Source of the DNA: an uncultured Candidatus Rokubacteria bacterium
GTDB taxonomy: Bacteria; Methylomirabilota; Methylomirabilia; Rokubacteriales; CSP1-6
Length of the DNA: 64,000 nt
Direction: 5' to 3'
Assembly: GCA_963762145.1 (NCBI GenBank)
Contig: CAVXJS010000013.1
Span: 32,001-96,000 of the forward strand
The notes under the pieces: model-generated
Told to the model about the DNA's origin: nothing
Seen by the model: the letters and a program-made list of their open reading frames with translations, nothing else
Database searches by the model: none
Program-made: the position numbers and the translations under genes
Shown here: piece by piece, positions 30,918-40,017 of the stretch
Layout of the letters: each line of letters starts with the position of its first letter
Position numbering within the stretch: the first letter of the stretch is position 1

Positions 30918-31985
30918 ATGACCGAGCCGATCCGGATCAACCGTTCGACCACCCGCAAGCCCAAGCCGAAGGACGCCGACCTGGGTTTCGGGCAGATCTT
31001 CACCGACCACATGTTCCTGGCCGACTTCCAGGAGGAGAAGGGCTGGTACGACCCGCGCGTCGAGCCGTACGGGCCCCTCTCCCTCGACCCGGCCACCGCG
31101 GTGCTGCACTACGCCCAGGCCATCTTCGACGGTCTCAAGGCGTTCCGCGGCGTGGACGGCAAGATCCGGCTCTTCCGGCCCCAGAAGCACGTGGAGCGCA
31201 TGAACGGCTCGGCGCGGCGCCTCTGCATCCCGCCCCTCGACCCGGACATGGCGCTTTCGTCCATCGTGCGCCTGGTGGACATCGATCGGGACTGGGTGCC
31301 GGGCACGGTGGGCACCTCGCTCTACATCCGGCCCACCATCATCGCGAGCGAGGCGTTTCTCGGAGTGCGGCCGGCCACGTCGTACGTCTACTTCGTGATC
31401 CTCTCGCCGGTGGGCGCTTACTATCCCGAAGGCATGGCGCCGGTGAAGATCCTGGTGGTGGACAAGTACGTGCGCGCGGTGGACGGCGGGGTGGGCGGGG
31501 CCAAGACCTCCGGCAACTACGCGGCGAGCCTGTTCGCGAGCGACGAGGCCAAGCACGAAGGCTTCACCCAGGTGCTGTGGCTCGACGGCGTCCACCGGAA
31601 GTATCTGGACGAGGTCGGCACCATGAACATCATGGTGAAGATCGGCGACGAGATCATCACGCCGCCCCTGACCGGGACCATCCTGCCCGGTGTCACCCGC
31701 GATTCCGCGCTGGCCCTGATGCGCAGGTGGGGCCTCACGGTGAGCGAGCGGCAGGTCTCGATCGACGAGGTGGTGGAGGCCCACGGGCTCGGCAAGCTCG
31801 ACGAGGTGTGGGGCACCGGCACCGCGGCGGTCATCTCGCCGGTGGGCGAGCTCGCCTACCAGGGCCGGAAGATGGTCATCAACGGCGGGAAGATCGGGCC
31901 GCTCACCCAGCGGCTCTACGACGCCATCGTGGCCATCCAGTACGGGCAGGCGCCCGATCCCGACGGCTGGACGCTCACGATATGA
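30918..31985 (+). CDS. ilvE: Branched-chain amino acid aminotransferase
   Basis: FGQIFTDHM, LHYAQAIF, LYIRP, AKTSGNY (PLP Lys), EVGTMN, ILPGVTR, GTAAVISP. Confidence 0.93.
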   Translation: MTEPIRINRSTTRKPKPKDADLGFGQIFTDHMFLADFQEEKGWYDPRVEPYGPLSLDPATAVLHYAQAIFDGLKAFRGVDGKIRLFRPQKHVERMNGSARRLCIPPLDPDMALSSIVRLVDIDRDWVPGTVGTSLYIRPTIIASEAFLGVRPATSYVYFVILSPVGAYYPEGMAPVKILVVDKYVRAVDGGVGGAKTSGNYAASLFASDEAKHEGFTQVLWLDGVHRKYLDEVGTMNIMVKIGDEIITPPLTGTILPGVTRDSALALMRRWGLTVSERQVSIDEVVEAHGLGKLDEVWGTGTAAVISPVGELAYQGRKMVINGGKIGPLTQRLYDAIVAIQYGQAPDPDGWTLTI

Positions 31986-31998
31986 GCGGAGGGTCACG

Positions 31999-32412
31999 AT
32001 GACCGACTGCGTCTTCTGCAAGATCCGGGACGGCCAGGTCCCTTCGATGAAGATCTTCGAGGACGACAAGACCCTGGTGTTCATGGACATCAACCCGGTC
32101 AACCCGGGCCACTGTCTGGTGGTCACCAAGGCCCACGCGCCCAATCTCTACGAGGCCGAGGTCGAGGATCTCCAGGCCGCCATCGCCACCGCTCAGCGGG
32201 TGGCGCGGGCGATCCGGCAAGCGCTCGAGCCCGACGGGCTCAACATGCTCCAGGCCAACGGGGTGGCCGCGTTCCAGTCGGTCCTGCACTACCACCTGCA
32301 CCTGATTCCGCGGTGGAGCAACGACGGCAAGGGCTTCGACTGGCGGCTGGTGCCGGAAGACCGCGAGGTGATCATGAAGGCGGGGGAGCGCCTGCGGGCG
32401 CTGCTGAACTGA
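31999..32412 (+). CDS. HIT-family nucleotide hydrolase
   Basis: DCVFCKI, DINP..PGH and the histidine triad HYHLHLIPR. Confidence 0.92.
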   Translation: MTDCVFCKIRDGQVPSMKIFEDDKTLVFMDINPVNPGHCLVVTKAHAPNLYEAEVEDLQAAIATAQRVARAIRQALEPDGLNMLQANGVAAFQSVLHYHLHLIPRWSNDGKGFDWRLVPEDREVIMKAGERLRALLN

Positions 32413-32414
32413 TC

Positions 32415-32819
32415 ATGGCCGAGCGCAAGGTACGCGTGCTGGTGGCCAAGCCGGGGCTCGACGGGCACGACCGCGGCGCCAAGATCGTGGCGCGCGCCCT
32501 CCGGGACGCGGGCTTCGAGGTCATCTACACGGGCTTGCACCAGACGCCGGAGCAGATCGTGGCCACCGCGGTACAGGAGGACGTGGACGCGGTGGGGCTC
32601 TCGGTGCTCTCGGGGGCCCACAACTATCTCTTCGGGCGCGTGCTCGATCTTCTCAAGGAGAAGGGCGCCGACGACATCGCGGTGTTCGGCGGCGGCATCA
32701 TCCCGCAGGAGGACATCCAGGCCCTCAAGGCCCTCGGGGTCAAGGAGCTGTTCACCCCGGGCACGTCGACTCAGGACATCATCCGTTTCGTGCGGGACAA
32801 CATCAGGGCAGTTGCTTAG
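32415..32819 (+). CDS. icmB: Cobalamin-binding small subunit of acyl-CoA mutase
   Basis: [13 protein letters not shown] (DxHxxG), [19 protein letters not shown]. Confidence 0.8.
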   Translation: MAERKVRVLVAKPGLDGHDRGAKIVARALRDAGFEVIYTGLHQTPEQIVATAVQEDVDAVGLSVLSGAHNYLFGRVLDLLKEKGADDIAVFGGGIIPQEDIQALKALGVKELFTPGTSTQDIIRFVRDNIRAVA

Positions 32820-32898
32820 TGAGGTGCAGCCGAAGGCGAGCCGAGCAAATGCAAGAAAGGCAGTCACCGTGTCAGCCGGTAACCGGTAGCGCGAAGTC

Positions 32899-34047
32899 AT
32901 GAACTTCCAGCTCACCCCCGAGCAGCAGGAGGTGCGGGCGCTCGCCCGCGATTTCGCCGAGCGCGAGGTCGCGCCGGTGATCCGCCACTTCGACGAGGCC
33001 CAGGAGTTCCCCCACGAGATCATGGCCAAGCTGGCCGGGACCGGCCTCCTGGGCGCGCTGGTGCCCGAGGAGTACGGCGGGGCGGCGCTCGACTACGTCT
33101 CCTACGCCCTCGCGGTGGAAGAGCTGAACCGGGTGGACGCCTCGGTGGGCATCACGATGTGGGCGCACAACTCGCTCTGCACCAATCACATCGCGCTGTT
33201 CGGCTCGCCGGAGCAGAAGGCGGCCTACCTGCCGCGGCTGGCCCGCGGCGAGGTGCTGGGGGCGTGGGGCCTCACCGAGCCCGGGTCCGGCTCCGACGCG
33301 GCGGCGATGCGGTCGCGGGCGGTCACGGACGGCGACCACTTCGTGCTCAACGGGAGCAAGGCCTTCATCACCAACGCGGGGGTGGCCGAGATCGCGGTGG
33401 TGATGGCGGTGACCGATCCGGCGAGAGGCAACAAGGGCATCTCCGCCTTCATCCTCGAGCGGGGCACGCCCGGGTTCACCGCCGGCAAGCCGTACCGGAA
33501 GCTCGGGCTGCACGCCTCCAACACCGCCGAGCTCCACCTCGACAACGTGCACGTGCCCGCGACCGCCCTCTGCGGCGAGCGCGACATGGGCTTCGTCAAC
33601 ACCATGCAGGTGCTGGAGGGCGGCCGCATCGCGATGGCGGCCATGGGGGTCGGGATCGCGCAGGGAGCCCTCGACGAGGCGCTCAAGTACATGAAGCAGC
33701 GCTCCGCCTTCGGCAGGACCCTCGCCGAGCTCAATGGGCTGCAGGGGATGATCGCCGACATCGGCACCGAGGTGGAGGCGGCCCGCCTGCTCACCCTGCG
33801 GGCCGCCGTCCTCAAGGACGCCGGCCGCCCGGCGAAGATCGCGGCCTCGATGGCCAAGGTCTTTGCTTCCGAGGTGGCCATGAAGGCGGCGACCAAGGCG
33901 CTGCAGATCCACGGGGGGGCCGGCTACATCACCGAGTTCCCGATCGAGCGGATGTTCCGCGACGCCAAGCTGACCGAGATCGGCGAAGGGACCTCGGAGA
34001 TCCAGCGGATGGTCATCGCCCGCGACATCCTGGGCGCGCGGAGCTGA
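32899..34047 (+). CDS. Acyl-CoA dehydrogenase
   Basis: AHNSL, WGLTEPGSGSDA, GRIAMAA, RDAKLTEIGEGTSEIQ. Confidence 0.92.
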   Translation: MNFQLTPEQQEVRALARDFAEREVAPVIRHFDEAQEFPHEIMAKLAGTGLLGALVPEEYGGAALDYVSYALAVEELNRVDASVGITMWAHNSLCTNHIALFGSPEQKAAYLPRLARGEVLGAWGLTEPGSGSDAAAMRSRAVTDGDHFVLNGSKAFITNAGVAEIAVVMAVTDPARGNKGISAFILERGTPGFTAGKPYRKLGLHASNTAELHLDNVHVPATALCGERDMGFVNTMQVLEGGRIAMAAMGVGIAQGALDEALKYMKQRSAFGRTLAELNGLQGMIADIGTEVEAARLLTLRAAVLKDAGRPAKIAASMAKVFASEVAMKAATKALQIHGGAGYITEFPIERMFRDAKLTEIGEGTSEIQRMVIARDILGARS

Positions 34048-34049
34048 GC

Positions 34050-34844
34050 GTGGCCGATCCGCGCGTGCTCTACGCGGCGGGACACGGGGTGGCCACCATC
34101 ACGCTGAACCGGCCAAACGTCCTCAACGCGCTCGACCGGGCCCTGACCGCGGAGCTGGCCGACGCGGCGGAGACGGCTGCGCGCGACGCCGACGTGTGGG
34201 TGGTGGTGGTGCGGGGGACGGGCCGGGCGTTCTGCTCGGGCATGGACCGCACCGTGCTGTCGGCGGGCGGGATCGACGAGGCGTTCTATCGGAACTGGGT
34301 CCGGGCGCTGAACTGCTTCGAGGACATGGACAAGGTGGTGGTCGCGGTGCTCCACGGCTACTCCATCGGCGGCGGACTCCAGCTCGCGTCGGCCTGCGAC
34401 CTGCGCCTGGCCACCAGCGACGCCGTCCTCGGCCTGGGCGCCACGCGCCACGGCCTCGTCCCGGACGGCTCGATCCTCCGCCTGGCCCGCCTGGTAGGCC
34501 TCGGCCGCGCCAAGGAGCTGACCCTGCTCAACGACCACGTGACGCCGGAGGCCGCGCTCGCCATGGGCCTCGTCAACTGGGTCGTGGAGCCGGCGGGCGT
34601 GGACGCGGCGCTCACCGCCATCGCGGAGAAAGCGTTCCATTCTTCGCGCACCGCGAACGGCCACGCCAAGCGGCTGCTGCACGCCTCCTTCCACCGCGAC
34701 CCGCGCGAGATGATCGAGGACGTGATGCGGGCCCAGCACGAGTGCATGACCTCCTGGGAGATGGAGCGGGCCAACCGGGCCTGGGACGAGCGGCGGGAGC
34801 CGCGCTTCTATCCACCGCCGTCCGGCGGCGGCTCGGCCCGATGA
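34050..34844 (+). CDS. Crotonase-family protein lacking both catalytic glutamates
   Basis: ITLNRPNVLNAL, AFCSGMD, GYSIGGGLQLASACDLR...LGLGATRHG. Confidence 0.82.
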   Translation: MADPRVLYAAGHGVATITLNRPNVLNALDRALTAELADAAETAARDADVWVVVVRGTGRAFCSGMDRTVLSAGGIDEAFYRNWVRALNCFEDMDKVVVAVLHGYSIGGGLQLASACDLRLATSDAVLGLGATRHGLVPDGSILRLARLVGLGRAKELTLLNDHVTPEAALAMGLVNWVVEPAGVDAALTAIAEKAFHSSRTANGHAKRLLHASFHRDPREMIEDVMRAQHECMTSWEMERANRAWDERREPRFYPPPSGGGSAR

Positions 34845-35588
34845 CCGACGACGTCATCCTGGAGACGCGGGGGCTCACCAAGGAGTTCCGCGGCTTCTTC
34901 GCGGTGAAGGACGTGGACCTCCGGATCCGCCGCGGGACCATCCACGCGCTGATCGGGCCGAACGGGGCGGGCAAGACCACCTGCTTCAACCTGCTCACCC
35001 ACTTCCTGTCGCCCACGCGCGGACGCATCACCTTCAACGGCCGCGACATCACGGGCCGCGGGCCCGCCGACATCGCGCGGCTCGGGCTCGTGCGCTCCTT
35101 CCAGATCTCCGCGGTGTTCCCGCACCTGACGGTGCTGGAGAACGTGCGCATCGCGCTGCAGCGCGGGCGCGGGCGGTCCTTCGACTTCTGGCGCTCGGAA
35201 CGGGTGCTCGACGCGTTCCACGAGCGGGCCCGCGAGCTGCTGGCCGCGGTGGACCTCGGCGCCTTCGAGGCCACTCCGGCGGTCGAGCTGCCCTACGGGC
35301 GCAAGCGCGCCCTCGAGATCGCCACCACGCTCGCGCTCGAGCCCGAGATGATGCTGCTCGACGAGCCCACCGCGGGCATGGCCCACGGGGACGTGGATCG
35401 CATCTCGGCCCTGATCCAGCAGGTGGCTCGCAACCGCACCGTGCTCATGGTCGAGCACAACCTGAGCGTGGTGGAGCACCTCTCCGACACCATCACCGTG
35501 CTGGCCCGGGGCGAGGTGCTGGCCGAGGGCGACTACGCGGCGGTCTCGCGCAATCCCGAGGTCGTGCAGGCCTACCTGGGGGCCGGCC

Positions 35589-35596
<8 letters not shown>
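34841..35596 (+). CDS. LivG-like ABC ATP-binding protein
   Basis: GPNGAGKTT, RSFQIS, LLDEPTAGM, VEHNL. ATGA overlap. Confidence 0.9.
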
Positions 35597-36293
<697 letters not shown>

Positions 36294-36337
36294 TCGCCCG
36301 TCCCACGTCGTCCTCAACCGAACGAAAGGACCAACGC

Positions 36338-37552
36338 ATGCTCAAGTACTGGATTGTCGTCACCATGGCCGCGATCGCCCTCGTCGCCCCGCCCGCGGCC
36401 CGGGCCCAGGTCTCCGACGGGGTCATCAAGATCGGCGTGCTCACCGACATGTCGAGCCTCTACGCCGACCTCTCCGGCCAGGGCTCGGTGATCGCGGCCC
36501 GCATGGCGGTGGAGGACTTCGGCGCCGCCAAGAAGGGGATGAAGGTCGAGATCGTCTCGGCCGACCATCAGAACAAGGCCGACGTCGGGTCCGGCATCGC
36601 GCGGCAGTGGCTCGACGCCGACAAGGTGGACGTGATCGTGGACACGCCCAACTCCGGGGTCGCCCTCGCGGTGACCCAGATCGTCCGAGAGAAGGGCAAG
36701 GCGTTCCTCGTCTCCGGGGCGGCGTCCTCCGACCTGACCGGCAAGGCGTGCTCGCCCAACACGATCCACTGGACCTACGACACCTGGGCGCTCGCCAACG
36801 GCACCGGCAGCGCCATCGTGAAGACGGGCGGTGACTCGTGGTTCTTCCTCACCTCCGACTACGCGTTCGGGCACGCGCTCGAGCGCGACACCGAGGCGGT
36901 GGTGCTGAAGAACGGCGGCAAGGTGCTGGGCAAGGTGCGCCACCCGCTCAATACCGCCGACTTCTCCTCGTTCTTGCTCCAGGCCCAGTCCTCGAAGGCC
37001 AAGATCATCGGGCTCGCGAACGCGGGCGGCGACACCACCAACAGCATCAAGCAGGCCGCCGAGTTCGGCATCGTCAAGGGCGGGCAGAACCTGGCCGGCC
37101 TGCTCGTGTTCATCACCGACGTGCACGCGCTCGGGCTGCAGACGGCCCAGGGCCTGATCTTCACCGAGGCCTTCTACTGGGACATGAATGACAAGACGCG
37201 CGCCTTCGCCAAGCGCTTCGCGGAGCTGGACCGCGGCATCCACCCCACCATGATCCACGCCGGGGTGTACTCCGCGACGCTGCACTACCTGAAGGCGGTG
37301 GAGGCGCTCAAGGGCGACGACGGGACCAAGGTCATCGCCAAGATGAAGGAGACGCCCACCGACGACCCGCTGTTCGGCAAGGGCACGATCCGCGCCGACG
37401 GCCGCAAGCTGCACCCCATGTACCTCTTCGAGGTCAAGAAGCCGTCGGAGTCGAAGGGCCCGTGGGACTACTACAAGACGCGCGCGACGACGCCGGCGGA
37501 GCAGGCGTTCCGGCCCATCGACCAGGGGGACTGCCCCCTGGTGAAGAAGTAG
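36338..37552 (+). CDS. LIV-type ABC substrate-binding protein
   Basis: Sec signal after SD AAGGA; KIGVLTDMSS, SADHQNK, SDYAFG. Confidence 0.9.
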   Translation: MLKYWIVVTMAAIALVAPPAARAQVSDGVIKIGVLTDMSSLYADLSGQGSVIAARMAVEDFGAAKKGMKVEIVSADHQNKADVGSGIARQWLDADKVDVIVDTPNSGVALAVTQIVREKGKAFLVSGAASSDLTGKACSPNTIHWTYDTWALANGTGSAIVKTGGDSWFFLTSDYAFGHALERDTEAVVLKNGGKVLGKVRHPLNTADFSSFLLQAQSSKAKIIGLANAGGDTTNSIKQAAEFGIVKGGQNLAGLLVFITDVHALGLQTAQGLIFTEAFYWDMNDKTRAFAKRFAELDRGIHPTMIHAGVYSATLHYLKAVEALKGDDGTKVIAKMKETPTDDPLFGKGTIRADGRKLHPMYLFEVKKPSESKGPWDYYKTRATTPAEQAFRPIDQGDCPLVKK

Positions 37553-37560
37553 AGACCCGC

Positions 37561-37643
37561 CCCCTCACGCTGCCCTCTCCCCGCCGCGGGGAGAGGGTGC
37601 TCCGTCCTCCCTCTCCCCTCTGGGGAGAGGGCAGGGTGAGGGG
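37561..37643. repeat. Intergenic palindromic repeat family B (REP/BIME-like), copy 1
   Basis: Outer IR cccctcacgctgccctctcccc / ggggagagggcagggtgagggg enclosing two ccctctcccc-N-ggggagaggg hairpins. Confidence 0.85.
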
Positions 37644-37655
37644 ATCGATTCGCCA

Positions 37656-38537
37656 ATGATCTTCGGGATCCCGCCCCAGGCCCTGTTCGGCCAGCTCCTC
37701 ATCGGGCTCATCAATGGCTCGTTCTACGCCATGCTGAGCCTCGGGCTGTCCGTCATCTTCGGCCTGCTCAACATCATCAACTTCACCCACGGCGCCCAGT
37801 ACATGATGGGTGCCTTCGTCGCCTACTTCCTGCTGCAGTACGCGGGTGTCGGCTACTGGTGGGCTCTCTTGCTGGCCCCGGTCGCGGTCGGGGTGGTGGG
37901 CGTGGTGGTCGAGCGCTTCCTGCTCAAGCGCCTCTATGCCCTCGACCACCTCTACGGCCTTCTCCTCACCTTCGGCCTGGGGCTGATCATCCAGGGCATC
38001 TTCCGGAACAGCTTCGGCTCCTCGGGTCTGCCCTATGCCATTCCCGCCCAGCTCACCGGGGGCCGCAATCTCGGCTTCATGGTGCTGCCGAACTACCGGG
38101 CGTGGGTCATCGTGTTCTCGCTCGCGATCTGCCTGGCCACGTGGTTCGTCATCGAGCGCACCAAGCTCGGCTCCTACCTGCGCGCGGCGACCGAGAACCC
38201 GGCGCTCGTCCAGGCCTTCGGCGTCAACGTGCCGCGAATGATCACGCTCACCTACGGCTTCGGCGTCGCGCTGGCCGCGCTGGCGGGCGTGCTCGCCGCG
38301 CCGATCTACCAGGTGAACCCGCTGATGGGCGCCGACCTGATCATCGTGGTCTTCGCGGTGGTCGTCATCGGCGGCATGGGCTCGATCATGGGCTCGATCG
38401 TCACCGGCTTCGGGCTCGGCCTGATCGAGGGGCTGACCAAGGTGTTCTATCCCGAGGCGTCGAACACGGTGATCTTCGTCATCATGGCGCTCGTGCTGCT
38501 GGTGAAGCCGGCCGGCCTCTTCGGGCGGGCGCAGTAG
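37656..38537 (+). CDS. LivH-like ABC permease
   Basis: GLINGSFYAMLSLGLSVIFG..INFTHG and VVIGGMGS. Confidence 0.9.
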   Translation: MIFGIPPQALFGQLLIGLINGSFYAMLSLGLSVIFGLLNIINFTHGAQYMMGAFVAYFLLQYAGVGYWWALLLAPVAVGVVGVVVERFLLKRLYALDHLYGLLLTFGLGLIIQGIFRNSFGSSGLPYAIPAQLTGGRNLGFMVLPNYRAWVIVFSLAICLATWFVIERTKLGSYLRAATENPALVQAFGVNVPRMITLTYGFGVALAALAGVLAAPIYQVNPLMGADLIIVVFAVVVIGGMGSIMGSIVTGFGLGLIEGLTKVFYPEASNTVIFVIMALVLLVKPAGLFGRAQ

Positions 38538-38538
38538 G

Positions 38539-39465
38539 ATGGCCCTGGGGCATCAGGCGGTGGTGTTCGCGTTGATGACCGCCGCCTTCCTGGTCGGTCC
38601 GTTCGTGGTCTACCCGGTCTTCCTCATGAAGGCGCTCTGCTTCGCCCTCTTTGCGTGCGCGTTCAACCTGCTGATCGGCTACGCGGGCCTGCTGTCCTTC
38701 GGCCACGCCGCCTTCCTGGGCTCGGCCGGCTACGTCACCGCGCACGCCGCGAAGGTGTGGGGCTGGCCCCCGGAGCGGGCCATCCTGCTCGGCACCGCGA
38801 CCGCGGTGCTGCTCGGCCTGGCGATCGGCGCCCTGGCGATCCGCCGGCAGGGTATCTACTTCTCGATGATCACGCTGGCCCTGGCCCAGATGCTCTTCTT
38901 CTTCTGCCTGCAGGCCCCGTTCACCCACGGGGAGGACGGCATCCAGGCGGTGCCGCGCGGGATGCTGTTCGGGTTCCTCGACCTGCGCCACACGCTCGTC
39001 ATGTACTACGTCGTGCTCGCCGTCTTCCTGGGCGGGTTCCTGCTCATCTACCGGACGATCCACTCGCCGTTCGGTCATGTGTTGAAGGCGGTGCGGGAGA
39101 ACGAACCGCGCGCCCTCTCGCTGGGCTACGAGGCCGACCGCTACAAGCTGATCGCCTTCGTGCTCTCGGCCGGGCTCTCGGGGCTGGCCGGCGGCACCAA
39201 GGCCATCGTCTTCCAGCTCGCCTCGCTCACCGACGTGCACTGGACCATGTCAGGCGAGGTCGTGCTCATGACCCTTTTGGGCGGCCTGGGCACCGTCTTC
39301 GGTCCGGTGGTGGGCGCGGTGATCGTGATCGGGCTCGAGACCTATCTGGCCCAGCTCGGGGCGTGGGTCACCGTCGTGCAGGGCATCATCTTCGTGCTCT
39401 GCGTGCTGGCCTTCCGGCGCGGGGTGGTGGGCGAGCTGGCCCGGCTGATCAGGAAGCCACTCTGA
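38539..39465 (+). CDS. LivM-like ABC permease
   Basis: FNLLIGYAGLLSFGHAAF, AVRENE, LLGGLGT. Confidence 0.9.
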   Translation: MALGHQAVVFALMTAAFLVGPFVVYPVFLMKALCFALFACAFNLLIGYAGLLSFGHAAFLGSAGYVTAHAAKVWGWPPERAILLGTATAVLLGLAIGALAIRRQGIYFSMITLALAQMLFFFCLQAPFTHGEDGIQAVPRGMLFGFLDLRHTLVMYYVVLAVFLGGFLLIYRTIHSPFGHVLKAVRENEPRALSLGYEADRYKLIAFVLSAGLSGLAGGTKAIVFQLASLTDVHWTMSGEVVLMTLLGGLGTVFGPVVGAVIVIGLETYLAQLGAWVTVVQGIIFVLCVLAFRRGVVGELARLIRKPL

Positions 39466-39867
39466 CAGGATCGCGCGGCAGCGTCGCTCGAAATCGCTGA
39501 GGACGTTCCGGTACTTCGCGTCGATCCGGGCGCGCTTCCCCTCCCACTCCGCCTCGAAGCGCTGCCGCTCCGCGGTCCGGCACGGCGTGCCCGTGGCGCC
39601 CTCGGGGCAGTGACCGAAGGCCTCCCACATGGCTTCGCGGTGGATGTCCTCGGCGCCCTCGATCTCGGCCAGCCGCAGCCGGGCGATCAGGTCGCGCCCC
39701 TGGGCCGGCCGGGCGCAATCGGGCTCGAGCTGGGCCTCCACGGGCAGGGCGACCCAGAGGGCGCCGATCAGGCAGGCGGCGGCCAGGGTCCCCCTTACCG
39801 GGAGACTCCTCCCCACACTCCTGAGCGGCCCGTAAACCCTTGTCTTGGTGGGCAAAGTTCTTGACAC
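39250..39867 (-). CDS. Hypothetical secreted helical protein with four Cys in the predicted mature part
   Basis: Fills the ~400-bp gap after livM on the minus strand; signal-like TLAAACLIGALWVALPVEA. As read, the 3' end overlaps livM antisense by ~215 bp, so both start and stop are uncertain. Confidence 0.45.
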   Translation of the reverse strand: MSRTLPTKTRVYGPLRSVGRSLPVRGTLAAACLIGALWVALPVEAQLEPDCARPAQGRDLIARLRLAEIEGAEDIHREAMWEAFGHCPEGATGTPCRTAERQRFEAEWEGKRARIDAKYRNVLSDFERRCRAILSEWLPDQPGQLAHHPAPEGQHAEHEDDALHDGDPRPELGQIGLEPDHDHRAHHRTEDGAQAAQKGHEHDLA

Positions 39868-39889
39868 CCTTCCGGCCCTGGGCTAGACT
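39861..39889 (+). promoter_or_regulatory. Sigma70-type promoter for the acyl-CoA synthetase/ABC operon
   Basis: TTGACA (39861-66), 17 bp spacer, TAGACT (39884-89). Confidence 0.7.
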
Positions 39890-40017
39890 CTCGCCACTTT
39901 ATCACCGCCAGCGCGGGTGCTCCTGATGGGCCTGATGAGCGTGACGACTCTCTCCAACGGTGCAGGTGAGCCTCGCCGCGCGCGGCCGCGCGCGATCCGC
40001 ACCTCCACGCGTACCTG

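Noticed and set aside
39925-39960. CTGATGAG in the leader as a hammerhead ribozyme or riboswitch core
   Set aside because: There is no downstream GAAA core or matching stems, and no recognisable riboswitch consensus.
39977-39994. 18-bp all-GC palindrome cgcgcgcggccgcgcgcg
   Set aside because: It is a low-complexity CG run that is plausible by chance at this GC content, with no second copy seen.
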